Origin: Novosphingobium sp.
GTDB taxonomy: Bacteria > Pseudomonadota > Alphaproteobacteria > Sphingomonadales > Sphingomonadaceae
NCBI GenBank assembly: GCA_025356575.1
Contig: JANXSP010000095.1
Span: forward strand, 1,503-65,502
Direction of reading: 5' to 3'
Length of the DNA: 64,000 nt
Of this stretch, positions 49,842 through 58,401 are shown one piece after another. Each line of letters opens with the position of its first letter. Positions within the stretch are counted from its first letter, which is position 1. The translations under genes and the position numbers were made by a program. The notes under the pieces are model-generated. The model was not told where the DNA came from, searched no databases, and saw only the letters and a list, made by a program, of their open reading frames with translations.

Positions 49842-51218
49842 TCACGCGGGTTTTGCCTTGATTGCACGATAGGCCGCCAGCGCCCGTTCGCGCGCCGCGA
49901 CATGGCTGACGATACGGGCGGGATAGCCGGGCGAAAGCGGCACGGCCTCATGGATCGCGGCGTCGGGCAGCCCCGCCAGTTCGGGCACCCATTCGCGGAT
50001 ATAGGCCGCGGCATCGAACTTGGCCGACTGCGTCAGCGGCGCCATGATCCGCGTAAACAGGCTGGCATCGGCACCGCTCCCGGAAATCCACTGCCAGTTG
50101 GTCGCATTGTTGCCGAGATCGGCATCGACCAGCGTATCCCAGAACCAGCGTTCGCCTTCGCGCCAGTCGATCAGCAGATGTTTGACCAGGAAGCTGGCCG
50201 CGATCATCCGCACGCGGTTGTGCATCCAGCCCGTTGCCCACAGCTGGCGCATCCCGGCGTCGACGATCGGATAACCGGTGCGCCCGCGCTGCCAGGCCGC
50301 GAGGTCCTTGGCGGCGGCGCGGTCCTGCGCGGGATAGCGCCAGGCCAGCATTTCGTATTCGCGGCGATATCCGCGGTCTCCGTAATCGGGGAACTGCGCG
50401 ATCAGGTTTTGCGCGAAGTCTCGCCAGACGATCTCGCGCAAGAAGCTCTCGGACTGCCCCCGCGCGAGCGCGTGCCACACCTGTCCCGGCGATAGCTCGC
50501 CCCAGTGGAGGTGGGGTGAGAGCCGCGAGGTGCCGCCGACCGAGGGCAGATTGCGCGCGCGATCGTAGGCCGCGACGTCATCGGCGAACTCGGTGAGCCG
50601 GGCATGGGCCGCGTTCTCGCCCACCTGCCAGAACCTAGCGAACCCGGTCGACCAATCGGGATTGGCCGGTAGCAACGACCAGTCGGCAAGGATGTCGGAA
50701 ACCGGCCACTGCGCCGGTGAGTCCAGTACCGGCACGGGCAGCGGTGCGGGCGGGGGCATCGTATCGAGGAGGCGGCGGTAGTACGGCGTAAAGATCCGGT
50801 ACTGCGTGCCCCCGCCGGTCTTCACGGTTCCGGGCGGCGTGAGGTAGTTGCCATCGTGCAGCGTCAGATCGAGTCGCGCCGCCACCGCAGTTTCCGCCGC
50901 GCGCCACCACGGCTCGTAGTGGTGGAGTGCATGAACGCTGCGCGTCCCGGCCTCCTGCGCGATCTCGGCCAGCACCTGCGCCGCATTGCCCCGCCGCAGC
51001 ACCAGCCGCGAACCGCGTGCCTCCAGCGCCTGCGCCAGCCAGGACAGCGAATGGTGCAGCCACCAGCGCGACGCACCGCCCAGCTTGCGCGCGCCCGCCC
51101 CGATATCGTCGAGGACATAGACCGGGATCACCGGACCCCGCTCCGCAGCGGCGACCAGCGCGGCCTGATCGGCCAGGCGCAAGTCGCGCCGGAGCCAGAC
51201 GATCTGCGCCGCGCTCAT
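49842..51218 (-). CDS. phr: deoxyribodipyrimidine photolyase
   Basis: IVWLRRDLRLADQ, TGYPIVDAGMRQL, WMHNRVRM and NNATNWQW motifs. ATG at 51218 within track ORF 49842..51371. Confidence 0.9.
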   Translation of the reverse strand: MSAAQIVWLRRDLRLADQAALVAAAERGPVIPVYVLDDIGAGARKLGGASRWWLHHSLSWLAQALEARGSRLVLRRGNAAQVLAEIAQEAGTRSVHALHHYEPWWRAAETAVAARLDLTLHDGNYLTPPGTVKTGGGTQYRIFTPYYRRLLDTMPPPAPLPVPVLDSPAQWPVSDILADWSLLPANPDWSTGFARFWQVGENAAHARLTEFADDVAAYDRARNLPSVGGTSRLSPHLHWGELSPGQVWHALARGQSESFLREIVWRDFAQNLIAQFPDYGDRGYRREYEMLAWRYPAQDRAAAKDLAAWQRGRTGYPIVDAGMRQLWATGWMHNRVRMIAASFLVKHLLIDWREGERWFWDTLVDADLGNNATNWQWISGSGADASLFTRIMAPLTQSAKFDAAAYIREWVPELAGLPDAAIHEAVPLSPGYPARIVSHVAARERALAAYRAIKAKPA

Positions 51219-51338
51219 CGCCAGACCGCCGAAGTTGACGCGGAAGCTGACGAAATTGACGGGGTCCAGGAAACAGAAAAAATCGGCTCGATCCTCGGTT
51301 GGCGGGCGGCGCAGGCATCCGGTTTGCGCGTTTCTGCC

Positions 51339-51412
51339 TGAGGCCTCCGCCTGCGCGGGGCCGCGGTGCATGTGCGCTCACGATCCTCCGCGAAGGCGCG
51401 GGCCTCAGGCGG
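51339..51412. repeat. REP/BIME-like double-hairpin element, copy E (intergenic, same architecture as copy A)
   Basis: TGAGGCCTCCGCCTGCGCGGGGCCGCGG-N18-CCTCCGCGAAGGCGCGGGCCTCAGGCGG. Confidence 0.85.
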
Positions 51413-51527
51413 CAAGACGCTGATATTCCTTCCCGGCATCGCTCGGTTGTCACAGAGCGAACCGCTGTAGGACACCCGCTGCGCCCCGGCAAACTTGCGC
51501 TGACATCGCCAGTGCGTAGAACGCCCC

Positions 51528-52169
51528 ATGCCGTTTGCCATCTACAGCCTTCCCGCCTTGCTCGCCGCGATCGCCTGTTTCGCCGGGTTCTTCGTCCTCG
51601 ACCTGCTGGTCAAGCGTGGACGGACCAAGGCGTTCGATATCCGCGGGATCACATCGCTGCGGCTGCCCGATGGCACGCCGCGGTTGGGGATGGGCTGGGC
51701 ACCGGTGATGCGCATGCTGACCCAGTTGGGCGGTCCGGTGCTGCGTTATGCCATCGCCCTGCCGCTGGCCGGCTGGCTTTACACCCAAGGCTATGCGCCA
51801 AACGCCTTGTGGCTGGTGGCAGCCCTGGCCAGCGGCTGGCTTATCGATGGGGTCGTCAAGAAGGTGTTCAAGCGCGAGCGCCCGACGGTGGTGCCGCACC
51901 TCGCCCAGGCCGGTGGACCCAGTTTTCCGAGCGGACATACGCTCAACGCCTCGCTGGTCTATTGCGGGTTGGCGCTGGCCTGCGCCCCGCTGCTCGGCGC
52001 GTGGCTGGTTCCCGCGGTGATCGGCGGCGTGGCGATATCGTTCGCGGTCGCCTTCAGCCGCGTCTGGCTGGGCGTCCACTGGCCCACCGACATTGCCGCC
52101 GGGTGGCTGCTCGGCACGGGCTGGTGGACCGGCGCGTTTGCGCTGGGCGGTGCGATGCTCGGCGGTTGA
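51528..52169 (+). CDS. PAP2 family phosphatase (membrane)
   Basis: KRERP...PSGH...SRVWLGVHWPTD: the tripartite acid-phosphatase motif. Confidence 0.85.
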   Translation: MPFAIYSLPALLAAIACFAGFFVLDLLVKRGRTKAFDIRGITSLRLPDGTPRLGMGWAPVMRMLTQLGGPVLRYAIALPLAGWLYTQGYAPNALWLVAALASGWLIDGVVKKVFKRERPTVVPHLAQAGGPSFPSGHTLNASLVYCGLALACAPLLGAWLVPAVIGGVAISFAVAFSRVWLGVHWPTDIAAGWLLGTGWWTGAFALGGAMLGG

Positions 52170-52220
52170 GGGGGTGCCCGGCGCCGGGGAACGGACAGCG
52201 CCAACAAGGATTGAAACGCG

Positions 52221-53003
52221 ATGACCAACGATCAGCCCCGTCCCGCCGAAACGATCGCTTTGCCCGCGCGCGGCTTCCGCATCGATCCGCGCCATGCGTT
52301 GATCGCTGCGGCGGTACTGTGGACGGCGTTCGGCGCCACGGTGGTTGCAGTGCGCAGCGGATCGAGCGCCGGGTTCGATAGTGCGGGGATGATGTTCTGG
52401 CGCACCGGCGCCGATTTTCACCCGCGCGGCGCGGCGTGGCTGGGCGAAGGGGTCCGCGATTTCACCGCGCTGGGCGGCGTGCTCCTGCGCCACATCGTCG
52501 CGCTGGGAGCGATAGCCGCGCTGCTGTTCCTGCGGCTGCGGCGCGAAGCCGTGCTGCTGGCGGGGACGATCGTCGGCGGCTGGATCGTCGACAGCGCGAT
52601 CAAGCATTTCGTCGGCCGCCCGCGCCCGACGATCGTGCCGCACCTGACCCAGGCCGGTGGGACCAGCTTCCCCAGCGGGCACAGCTTCAATGCGGCAGTC
52701 GTCTACATCGGTATCGCGCTCGCCTTCGCGGCGCTGAGCCCGCGGCAGAGCGTGCGGGCGACCCTGATCGCCAGCGCGATGGTTTTATCGCTGCTGATCG
52801 CGCTGAGCCGCGTGTGGCTCGGGGTCCACTGGCCAACCGACGTGATCGCCGGCTGGACCGGCGGCGCCGCCTGGGCCTTCACCGCCTCGGCGCTGCTCCA
52901 CCGTCCGGCCAAAGCCGTCGCCGAACACGCGCGCGATGCCTTGGAGGGAGCGACGCCGGGGGAGATTGGTGCGCCGCCCGCACCCCCACCCCGTTCATCC
53001 TGA
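52221..53003 (+). CDS. PAP2 family phosphatase (tandem paralog)
   Basis: GRPRP...PSGH...SRVWLGVHWPTD. Confidence 0.85.
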   Translation: MTNDQPRPAETIALPARGFRIDPRHALIAAAVLWTAFGATVVAVRSGSSAGFDSAGMMFWRTGADFHPRGAAWLGEGVRDFTALGGVLLRHIVALGAIAALLFLRLRREAVLLAGTIVGGWIVDSAIKHFVGRPRPTIVPHLTQAGGTSFPSGHSFNAAVVYIGIALAFAALSPRQSVRATLIASAMVLSLLIALSRVWLGVHWPTDVIAGWTGGAAWAFTASALLHRPAKAVAEHARDALEGATPGEIGAPPAPPPRSS

Positions 53004-53048
53004 GTAGGCCAAGCCCGTGTGAAAGACTGCGCGCTCCGCTAGCGATAG

Positions 53049-54089
53049 CTAGCCCTGATGCCCCGCACCCGCATCGACAGTCCACGTCTGGCCCTTGGCC
53101 AGCAGCGCCGCCATGTCGGGCACCTTGCCCTTGGCGGCCGCGGCGTTCTGGGAGCGAACGGCTTCCTCATACGTCGGACGGGGGTCGTCGTAGATCACGC
53201 CGAGCGCCATCGGGAATGGCCCGAACGGCAGTTCGACCAGCATGTGCGCGACTGAGCGATTGGTCACATCGTGGACGATAACTCCCGCCGTTTGCCAATC
53301 GCCATCGATTACATCGACGACCTTGAGGGTCAGCGCTGCGACATCCAGCGCAATCCCCTTGGTGCCTTTGGCGAATAGCATCGGCTCGCCCGCCTGGACC
53401 CACAACTGGCGGTCCTCGGCGCCCTTGGGCATCGCGAAATCGTTGAACACGTCCTTGTTGTAGACGATGCAGTTCTGGAAAATCTCGATGAACGCGGCGC
53501 CCTTGTGCGCGTGCGCGGCCTTGAGCACGTCGGGCAGGTTCTTCGAAATATCGAACCCGCGCGCAACGAACCGTGCGCCTGCGCCCAGCGCGAACGCGCA
53601 CGGGCTGGCGGGGCGGTCGACCGAGCCCTGCGGGGTCGACGGGCTGGTCGTGCCGACGCGGCTGGTGGGCGAATACTGCCCCTTGGTCAGCCCGTAGATC
53701 TCGTTGTTGAACAGCATGATCTGGCAATCGAGATTGCGCCGCAGGACATGCATCGTGTGGTTGCCCCCGATCGACAGCGCGTCGCCATCGCCGGTGATGA
53801 TCCACACGTCGAGCTCCGGATTGGCGAGCTTGATCCCCGTCGCCACCGCGGGCGCGCGGCCGTGGATCGTGTGGAACCCGTAGCTTTCCATGTAGTAGGG
53901 AAACCGGCTCGAGCAGCCGATCCCGCTGACGAACACGGTGTTTGCCGGGTCCGCGCCGATCTCGGGCATCGTGCGCTGCACCGCCTTGAGGATCGCGTAG
54001 TCGCCGCAGCCTGGGCACCAGCGGACCTCCTGGTCGGTTTCCCAATCCTTGAGCGTGGTCACCGCGGCGATCTTGGTCATTTCGTTCAT
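53049..54089 (-). CDS. korB: 2-oxoglutarate/2-oxoacid:ferredoxin oxidoreductase subunit beta
   Basis: WCPGCGDYAI, GIGCSSRF, GDGDALSIGGNH (TPP binding). The ATG at 54089 overlaps the korA stop (ATGA). Confidence 0.88.
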   Translation of the reverse strand: MNEMTKIAAVTTLKDWETDQEVRWCPGCGDYAILKAVQRTMPEIGADPANTVFVSGIGCSSRFPYYMESYGFHTIHGRAPAVATGIKLANPELDVWIITGDGDALSIGGNHTMHVLRRNLDCQIMLFNNEIYGLTKGQYSPTSRVGTTSPSTPQGSVDRPASPCAFALGAGARFVARGFDISKNLPDVLKAAHAHKGAAFIEIFQNCIVYNKDVFNDFAMPKGAEDRQLWVQAGEPMLFAKGTKGIALDVAALTLKVVDVIDGDWQTAGVIVHDVTNRSVAHMLVELPFGPFPMALGVIYDDPRPTYEEAVRSQNAAAAKGKVPDMAALLAKGQTWTVDAGAGHQG

Positions 54090-56041
54090 GGGTTCACAGC
54101 CTCGATACTGGGCAACTGGGTCGTATCCGCGTCGACTTCTCCGCCGAAATCGCCGCCTCGGGGCGTGCCGAGGGCGTCGCAGATCGCGTCCTCGATCTCG
54201 GCGATCGTGAACGGCTGACCGCTGGTCTTGGTTAGCGGCTGGGCATCGACGAGGTATTGATCGCGCAGCACCGTCTTGAACTGGCCGGTGTTCATCTCGG
54301 GGACGAGGATCCGCGCGTAACCCCTTAGCAAGTCGCCCAGATTTGCCGGCAGCGGCCAGATGTGGCGGACGTGGATGTGGCTGACGTCCAGCCCGCGCCT
54401 GCGCATGCGCAGCACCGCCTGGTGGATCGGGCCGTAGGTGCTGCCCCAGCCGACGACCGCAAGCTTGCCGCTGGTATCGCCGAGGCAGACGTCCTGCGCG
54501 GGAATATCCTGGGCGATCCCGTCGATCTTGGCGCGGCGCGCGTCGGTCTGCGCCTGGTGAGTGGCGGGCGAATAATCGATGTGGCCGGTGTCGATGGCTT
54601 TCTCGATCCCGCCGATGCGGTGCATCAGCCCCGGCGTCCCCGGCTTGATCCACGGACGGGCACCGCTGGCGTCGCGCTTGTACGGAAGCAGCTCGTCGCC
54701 GGCGTTCTTCTCTTTTAGAAACGACACTGGGAACGGCGTGTAAGTGCTCGGATCGGGGACTTTCCACGGCTCGGCGGCGTTGGCGATGTAGCCATCGGTA
54801 AGGAGGATCACCGGGGTCATATAGGTGACCGCGAGTCGAACCGCCTCGATTGCCGCGTCGAACGCATCGGCCGGGCTGCGCGCGGAAACCACGGGCAGCG
54901 GCGCGTCGCCGTTGCGGCCATAGACCGCCTGGTAGAGGTCGCTCTGCTCGGTCTTGGTCGGGAGGCCGGTCGACGGCCCGCCGCGCTGCGAATTCACGAT
55001 GACCAGCGGCAGTTCGGTCATGATCGCCAGCCCCATCGCCTCACCCTTGAGCGCGATCCCCGGTCCCGAGGAGGACGTCACCCCAAGCTGGCCGGCATAG
55101 CTCGCGCCGATGGCCGAGCATATCGCGGCGATCTCGTCCTCGGCCTGGAACGTGGTGATCCCGAACTCCTTGAGCCGGACGAGATGATGCAGGATCGCCG
55201 AGGCCGGGGTAATCGGGTAGCCGCCGAAGAACATCGGCAGGCCGGCAAGCTGCGCGCCTGCGACGAGTCCAAGACTTACCGACTCCGCCCCGGTCACCGT
55301 CCGGTAAAGCCCCGGCGCGCTTTCGACAGGGCCGATCTGGCGCTGGCGCAGCGGGCCGGAAAGCTCGGCGGTTTCACCATAGGCGTGCCCCGCGTTGAGC
55401 GCGGCGATGTTGGCCTGCGCCAGCACCGGCATCTTGCGGAACTTGTCGTTGAGCCAGTCCACGATCGGCGCGCGGTCGCGGTCGAACATCCACAGCGCCA
55501 GCCCCAGCGTCCACATGTTCTTGCAGCGCAGCGCTTCCTTGTTGCCCAGCCCGAACGGCTTGACCGCCTCCAATGTCAACGCGCTGATGTCGAACGCCAT
55601 GACCTGCCATTTGGCCAGGCTGCCATCGTCGAGCGGGCTGACCGCGTACTTGGCCTTGTCGAGGTTGCGCTTGCCGAATTCGCCGGTGTCCGCGATCACC
55701 AGCCCGCCGGGCTTGAGCGCGCCGACGTTGGTCTTGAGTGCGGCGGGGTTCATCGCCACCAGCACATCCGGAGCGTCGCCGGCGGTATCGATCTGGCTCG
55801 ACCCGAAGTTGATCTGAAAGGCCGAGACGCCGAACAACGTGCCTTGCGGCGCGCGGATTTCAGCCGGGAAATCGGGGAACGTGGCCAGGTCGCTGCCCGC
55901 CAGCGCGGTCGACAGCGTGAACTGCCCGCCGGTAAGCTGCATCCCGTCGCCGCTGTCGCCGGCAAAGCGAACGACGACGTTTTCACTCTCGGGGTTTGTC
56001 ACAGGCTCGGGGGCGGCGGTTTCGGCGATCTGCGTGGCCAT
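54086..56041 (-). CDS. korA: 2-oxoglutarate/2-oxoacid:ferredoxin oxidoreductase subunit alpha
   Basis: 651 aa. Gamma-like N-terminal domain (GDSGDGMQ) fused to a pyruvate-flavodoxin oxidoreductase core (GYPITPAS). Confidence 0.88.
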   Translation of the reverse strand: MATQIAETAAPEPVTNPESENVVVRFAGDSGDGMQLTGGQFTLSTALAGSDLATFPDFPAEIRAPQGTLFGVSAFQINFGSSQIDTAGDAPDVLVAMNPAALKTNVGALKPGGLVIADTGEFGKRNLDKAKYAVSPLDDGSLAKWQVMAFDISALTLEAVKPFGLGNKEALRCKNMWTLGLALWMFDRDRAPIVDWLNDKFRKMPVLAQANIAALNAGHAYGETAELSGPLRQRQIGPVESAPGLYRTVTGAESVSLGLVAGAQLAGLPMFFGGYPITPASAILHHLVRLKEFGITTFQAEDEIAAICSAIGASYAGQLGVTSSSGPGIALKGEAMGLAIMTELPLVIVNSQRGGPSTGLPTKTEQSDLYQAVYGRNGDAPLPVVSARSPADAFDAAIEAVRLAVTYMTPVILLTDGYIANAAEPWKVPDPSTYTPFPVSFLKEKNAGDELLPYKRDASGARPWIKPGTPGLMHRIGGIEKAIDTGHIDYSPATHQAQTDARRAKIDGIAQDIPAQDVCLGDTSGKLAVVGWGSTYGPIHQAVLRMRRRGLDVSHIHVRHIWPLPANLGDLLRGYARILVPEMNTGQFKTVLRDQYLVDAQPLTKTSGQPFTIAEIEDAICDALGTPRGGDFGGEVDADTTQLPSIEAVNP

Positions 56042-56254
56042 TCGGATTCCATCTGCGAGGGGCTCCCGCGCCGCGTGCGGCCGGTCGCGGGGTCCCTATT
56101 CCTCTCCCGCCGCCGTGCAATCAAGAATTTCTGTCGCACGATCAACCGGCCGATCAGCGTCGGAGCGGTGAAGCCGCTAGTCAAGGTGCAAATCGCAACC
56201 TAACCAGTGGGAAACACGCCAAGCCCGGACGAGGCGGCTGCCGAGAGGATGACG

Positions 56255-57202
56255 ATGACCGAACACTACACCCGCCCCGATGTGAAGGCCTTCCTGGCGT
56301 TCCTCAATTCGGTCCCCGGCCCCAAGATGCACGAAATCTCACCTGCAGAGGCCCGGGCGCAATACGTCGCGATGGTCCCGCTGGGTGAGGCCGAACCGCA
56401 TGCGCTGGCGGTTATCCGCGACCTCATTTGTCCGGGAGCCGCGGGCGACATCCCCCTGCGGCTCTACGACACGCGCGAAACCCGCGAGCCCGGCCCCGCG
56501 GTGGTGTTCTTCCACGGCGGCGGGTGGGTGATCGGCGATCTGGAAACCCACCACGCGCTGTGCAGCGATATCGCCGCCGCGCTCGACCTGCCGGTGATCG
56601 CGGTCGATTACCGCCTTGCCCCTGAGCATGCGTTTCCCGCGGCGCACGACGATTGCGAGGCAGCGGCGCGGTGGATCGCGGGCAATCCATCGGCGCTGGG
56701 GCGCGAAATCACCGGGCTGATCACGATGGGCGACAGCGCGGGGGGCAACATGGCAATCGCGGTGGCCGAGGCTCTGCGCGACACCGTAGCCGGCGTTCCG
56801 GTGATCCTCCAGGTGCCGCTGTACCCCGCAACCGACGAGAACCTCGACCATCCCTCATACAGCGACTTTGCCGAAGGGCACCTGCTCACGCGCGATTCGA
56901 TGAACTGGTTTCACGATGCCTACGCCGCAAAGCCGGGCGACAAGCGCGCGTTTCCCCTCCTCGGCACGCACACCGCCGCTCCGCCGACAGTGCTCGTCAC
57001 CGCCAGCCTCGATCCGATCCGCGATCAGGGCCGCGCCTATGCCAAGGCGCTGATCGACGCCGGCCGCGACGTGACGTTCATGGAAATGCGCGGCTCGATC
57101 CACGGGTTCACCACGCTGCGCAAGGCGCTGCCGAGCGCGCAGGACGATATGCACGCGATTTACGGCGCAATCCGCTTGATGCTGGAGCGTAAGGGCGGGT
57201 AA
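56255..57202 (+). CDS. alpha/beta hydrolase, hormone-sensitive-lipase-like esterase
   Basis: FFHGGGW oxyanion motif and GDSAGGN nucleophile elbow. ATG 56255 has GAGAGG 6 nt upstream (track ORF starts at GTG 56207). Confidence 0.85.
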   Translation: MTEHYTRPDVKAFLAFLNSVPGPKMHEISPAEARAQYVAMVPLGEAEPHALAVIRDLICPGAAGDIPLRLYDTRETREPGPAVVFFHGGGWVIGDLETHHALCSDIAAALDLPVIAVDYRLAPEHAFPAAHDDCEAAARWIAGNPSALGREITGLITMGDSAGGNMAIAVAEALRDTVAGVPVILQVPLYPATDENLDHPSYSDFAEGHLLTRDSMNWFHDAYAAKPGDKRAFPLLGTHTAAPPTVLVTASLDPIRDQGRAYAKALIDAGRDVTFMEMRGSIHGFTTLRKALPSAQDDMHAIYGAIRLMLERKGG

Positions 57203-57213
57203 CGCGCGCCGTC

Positions 57214-57717
57214 ATGACAATCGATCCAGCCACTTTGCCCTACCGCCCGTGCGTGGGCGTAATGCTCGTCAACGCCGCGGGACGCGTCTTCGTGGGCCAG
57301 CGCATCGATCGCGCGGTCAATTCCGGTTCGGGAGAAGGCGACTTCTGGCAGATGCCGCAGGGCGGCAGCGACGACGGAGAGGATGTGACCGCCGCGGGCC
57401 TGCGCGAACTGGCCGAAGAAACCGGGATCGGCGCGGACAAGGTCGTGATCCTGGCACAAACCCGAGAGGAGCTGTTCTACGACCTTCCGCCCGAACTGCT
57501 CGGCAAGCTGTGGAAGGGCAAATATCGCGGCCAGCGCCAGCACTGGCTTCTCGCACGGTTCACCGGCGAGGATGCCGACGTTCGCCTCGACGCGCACGAT
57601 CCGGCGGAGTTCTGCGCGTTCAAATGGGTCGAAACCGGCGAGTTGGGCGACTTGATCGTGCCGTTCAAGAAGCGCGTCTACCGCGCGGTGATAGACGAGT
57701 TCCGCGACCTGATCTGA
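57214..57717 (+). CDS. rppH: RNA pyrophosphohydrolase (NUDIX)
   Basis: WQMPQGG...AAGLRELAEETGI Nudix box. Confidence 0.88.
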   Translation: MTIDPATLPYRPCVGVMLVNAAGRVFVGQRIDRAVNSGSGEGDFWQMPQGGSDDGEDVTAAGLRELAEETGIGADKVVILAQTREELFYDLPPELLGKLWKGKYRGQRQHWLLARFTGEDADVRLDAHDPAEFCAFKWVETGELGDLIVPFKKRVYRAVIDEFRDLI

Positions 57718-57742
57718 CGCTAAAATCAAATGCCGCAACGGC

Positions 57743-57816
57743 GTCCCCGTGCAGGCGGGGACCTCGTGAAGTCAGATCAGACCTCGCCGCCTGAGACCCC
57801 CCCTGCGCGTGGGAGC
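57743..57816. repeat. REP/BIME-like element, copy C (intergenic; second unit degenerate)
   Basis: GTCCCCGTGCAGGCGGGGACCTC ... TGAGACCCCCCCTGCGCGTGGGAGC. Confidence 0.7.
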
Positions 57817-57835
57817 AGTGAGTGCTGGCCAGCGC

Positions 57836-58339
57836 TCAGTTCTCGCTCGCCACCGGCTTGGGCGTGACGTCCGCCGCGGTGACCACCACCGGTGCCGGGC
57901 CGCGCGCGATCGCGGCGGCAAGCGTGCGGGTGGGTTCGCAGGAATCGCCGCACAGACCCTGGAGCCGGGCGAGGTTGCGCTGGGCCTTGGCCACCGCGCC
58001 TTTTTCGACCAGCGCCACGCCTTCGCCCGATATCGCCACCAGGTTTGTCGGATCGACCGCCAGCGCGGCACGGTAATAGCGCAGCGCCTTGCCCTGAAGG
58101 CCCTGGCGGCGCGTGGCATCGGCGAGATCGAGATAGATCGGCAGCGCGCCGGGCTGGATCGTCAGCGCGGCTTCGAAATCGGCGACCGCGCTATCGGCAT
58201 CGGAAGCCGCCAGCGCAGCATGCCCGGCAAGCGCGAGCGCGGCGGCGCGCGGGTCGAGCGGCTCGGGCGCAGCCTGCCCGGTGCTCGCCGTAAGCACAGC
58301 GACCAGCGAGAGCGCGGCGGCGGCAAACGTATAGCGCAT
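57836..58339 (-). CDS. secreted tetratricopeptide-repeat protein
   Basis: Signal peptide MRYTFAAAALSLVAVLTASTGQA, TPR-like helices, GGAGAA RBS. C-terminal part of track ORF 57836..59251. Confidence 0.65.
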   Translation of the reverse strand: MRYTFAAAALSLVAVLTASTGQAAPEPLDPRAAALALAGHAALAASDADSAVADFEAALTIQPGALPIYLDLADATRRQGLQGKALRYYRAALAVDPTNLVAISGEGVALVEKGAVAKAQRNLARLQGLCGDSCEPTRTLAAAIARGPAPVVVTAADVTPKPVASEN

Positions 58340-58401
58340 CAATTGTTCTCCGAACGAGCGCGGATCGGAACGCGCGGCGCGTTCCAGCGACCCGTTCGCT
58401 A

